A DNA stretch of 64,000 nt from Eledone cirrhosa (lineage: Eukaryota): contig CAXHJY010001756.1 in NCBI GenBank assembly GCA_964016885.1, positions 29,218 through 93,217 of the forward strand, written 5' to 3'. The position numbers and the translations under genes are program-made. The notes below the pieces were generated by a model. It searched no databases and was not told the DNA's origin. It worked only from the letters and a program-made list of their open reading frames with translations. The first letter of the stretch is position 1. Each line of letters opens with the position of its first letter. Positions 60,684 to 64,000 of the stretch are shown in pieces.

Positions 60684-62852
60684 TACTTGGGGAGGGTCAT
60701 ATTTGTGTAATATTGCCAGAATTAATAACAGAACACACTCAATGTATGGTTGGTTTTCGCTTCTCGCTTCTATGTCTTTTAGATCGGTAATCTAACTTAC
60801 TCGGTCCTCAATCTTGCCATTGACTGACGGACGGTCAAAAATATTACAGATACAATATAGACACAAACACATATATATAGTTTATCATAAATCTTTCGTT
60901 GCGCATCTGCAACATCGTCAGTGGTGCTATATATTCCTCCTGTTGTATTGTATGTCTAGTATCAAAACTACCCTAAAGGGCCACATATTTAGGTTCAACG
61001 AGAAGATCTACACCCAAAATGAGGGAGCAGCCATCGGCGTCAGCATAGCTGGTGATGTTGCCAAACTTTTCATGGTATGGTGGGAAAGGAGACTTAAAGA
61101 TCTCCTTAATGAGAGCTCCATAGACCTCATCATGTACTCTCGTTATGTAGACGATATCAATATAGTTATAAGAACACCCCTACTAGAGAGCACTAACAAG
61201 TTTGATTTAGAACGTAGCACGATGGAAAGAATCCAGCAGATAGCTAATTCCATACACCAGAGTATAACTGTTACTATCGACTTCCCTTCCAAACACCCTA
61301 ACAATAGACTACCTGGATTAGACACAGAACTCTGGATTAACGCTATAGACGAGAGAGCCCAAATTCTCCACTCACACTACGCTAAACCCATGGCCTCTAA
61401 ATATCTGATACTCAAAAACTCAGCAATGTCCAGTAGTGCTAAGTTTAATATTCTGATCGTAGATTTGGTACGAGTGATGAAGAATGTGTGCCGCATGTGC
61501 GACCCAACAGAAATGGAAAGACACATCCAACACTTCATCAACCGCATGCAGTTCTCTGGCTACAAACAAAGAGACAGAGTCAGAGTATACGAAGGAGCCA
61601 TGGAGAGGTATAAGACCCTCATAGAACTGGACATGAAAGGAATTTGCCCATTGCACAGGAGCAAATCATGGAATAGCTTAGATAGGGCTAAACATAAGAT
61701 AGGGAAAGCCACCTCATGGTACGACAACAAGAGCTACACGAGTGTCATGTTTGTGGACGCTACCCCTGGAGGGAAATTAGCTAACCAGGGTAGAAAGGCC
61801 CTGAGAAAGACCCACTTGAAAATAATGGTGGTAGAAAAGCCAGGAATCACCATAAAATCCCTGATCAGCAAAACCTACCCTTTCAAGAAAACCGACTGTA
61901 CCAATAGGAAATGTATCATATGTAAGGTGAACCCCCGGATAAACTATAAAACTAGAAACGTAGTCTATAGCATAAGATGTACAGAGGGTACTTGCAGAAA
62001 CATGACAACAACATAAATAGGTGAGACAGCTCGTAGCATAGGTGAAAGGATAGACCAACACTGGGGGTAACTAAAAGGACGAAAAAACGGGTCAGTACTA
62101 TACGAACATGCTAGACAACAACATGATGGTAACATAGACAACATAGAAATTAGAATAATATCTAAACATAGAAATGATCCAGCAGATAGGCAAATCAGAG
62201 AGGCCAGTGAAATAGAAATTAGAAGATGAAGGCTAAACAGAAAGCATGAATTGAATAACAACAACATCCAAACAAACAACACTGACCTAAGAGAAGTATA
62301 AATAAGTAAATAAAATAAAATAAATAAATAAATAAATAAATACATACACAAGCACAATAACAACAAGCACATAAACACACACTAGTCACACATCACACAG
62401 CAAACAAAACACTATACACACACGCAAACGCATGCGCAAAGAAGACAAAATAAAATAAACAAACAAGCAAATAAATAAATAAATATATAGACAGACTGAA
62501 TAAAAATGGCGTAGACATACAATACAACAGGAGGAAAATATAGCACCACTGACGATGTTGCAGATGTGCAACGAAAGACTTATGATAAACTATATATAAG
62601 TGTTTGTGTCTATATTGTATTTGTATTATTTTTGACCGTCGGTCAGTCAATGGCAAGATTGAGGACTGAGTAAGTTAGATTACAGATCTAAAGGATACAG
62701 AAGCGAGAAGCGAAAACCAACCATACAGTGAGTTTGTTCTGTTATTAATTCTGGCAATATTACACAAATATGAACCTCCCCAAGTATAACAATATTTGTT
62801 TCGTCACACGATTACATATAAAAAACCTCGCAAAACTAATTCATCGCCGCAA
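60684..62852 (+). mobile_element. PLE F with ~275-bp inverted arms; HHR-like motifs 60884-60925(-) and 62545-62586(+)
   Basis: 60684-60957 is the reverse complement of ~62513-62787; right arm ~65 bp longer. Confidence 0.9.
60958..62255 (+). pseudogene. PLE RT + GIY-YIG, 5'-truncated, with stop codons
   Basis: QNEGAAIG, RYVDD, CTNRKCIIC, NVVYSIRC, *IGETARSIGERIDQH. Confidence 0.88.
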
Positions 62853-63268
62853 TATATACATATATATACATATATATATATATACATATATATATACATA
62901 TATATACATATATATATATACACATATATATACATATATATATATATATACATATATATATACATATATATACCTATATATATACACATATATATTCATA
63001 TATATATATATACATATATATATATACATATATATACATATATATATATACATATATATATACATATATATATATACATATATAGACATATATATACATA
63101 TATATACATATATATATACATATATATATATACATATATATATACACATATATATATACATATATATATATACATATATATATATACATATATATATACA
63201 TATATATACATATATATATATACATATATATATACATATATATATACATATATATATACATATGTATA

Positions 63269-63300
<32 letters not shown>

Positions 63301-63487
63301 CATATATATATATACACATATATACATATATATACATATATATATATACATATATATATACATATATATATATACATATATATATACATATATATATATA
63401 TACATATATATATACATATATATATATATATACATATATATATACACATATATACATATATATATACACATATATACATATATATAC

Positions 63488-63538
<51 letters not shown>

Positions 63539-63539
63539 C

Positions 63540-63582
<43 letters not shown>

Positions 63583-63583
63583 C

Positions 63584-63630
<47 letters not shown>

Positions 63631-63631
63631 C

Positions 63632-63714
<83 letters not shown>

Positions 63715-63777
63715 CATATATATATATACATATATATATAAATATGTATATATATACATATATATATATATATATAA

Positions 63778-63826
<49 letters not shown>

Positions 63827-63892
63827 CATATATATATAAATATGTATATATATACATATATATATATATATATAAATATGTATATATATACA

Positions 63893-63930
<38 letters not shown>

Positions 63931-64000
63931 AATATGTATATATATAAATATATATATGTAAGTATGCATGTATACGTACATACATATATGTATACAGACG
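62853..64000. repeat. (TA)n/(TACA) tract
   Basis: Direct reading. Confidence 0.95.

Overview
AT-rich eukaryotic (metazoan) repeat-dominated DNA with no supportable host gene. The SINE family and repeat content suggest a cephalopod/octopus genome (inference). The window is a dense cluster of Penelope-like retroelements (PLEs: RT plus C-terminal GIY-YIG; both LYRDD/CxC 'Hydra-like' and CX4CX2C 'Neptune-like' types) inserted in (TA)n microsatellites. Almost all are 5'-truncated and joined head-to-head to an inverted copy of a 3' pseudo-LTR. About 20 type-I hammerhead ribozyme (HHR) motifs, intact or degenerate, were read by eye; they include U3-A8 and U4A core variants. The most notable locus is a non-coding 483-nt HHR-delimited tandem unit (retrozyme-like, 54.8-56.2 kb) inserted as two ~1.45-mer arms fused 5'-to-5'. 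Also seen: heterologous head-to-head fusions of different PLE families, twin-priming mini-insertions, and a conserved YYGAGTRCTYT motif near the 3' termini of unrelated PLE tails. Other elements are a full-length decayed Tx1/L1-type LINE in an (AAT)n tract, R4/Dong, RTE and CR1-group fragments, a Helitron remnant and tRNA-type SINEs. Most long ORFs in the track are microsatellite artefacts. Family letters A-I are my own labels, and element boundaries are approximate.
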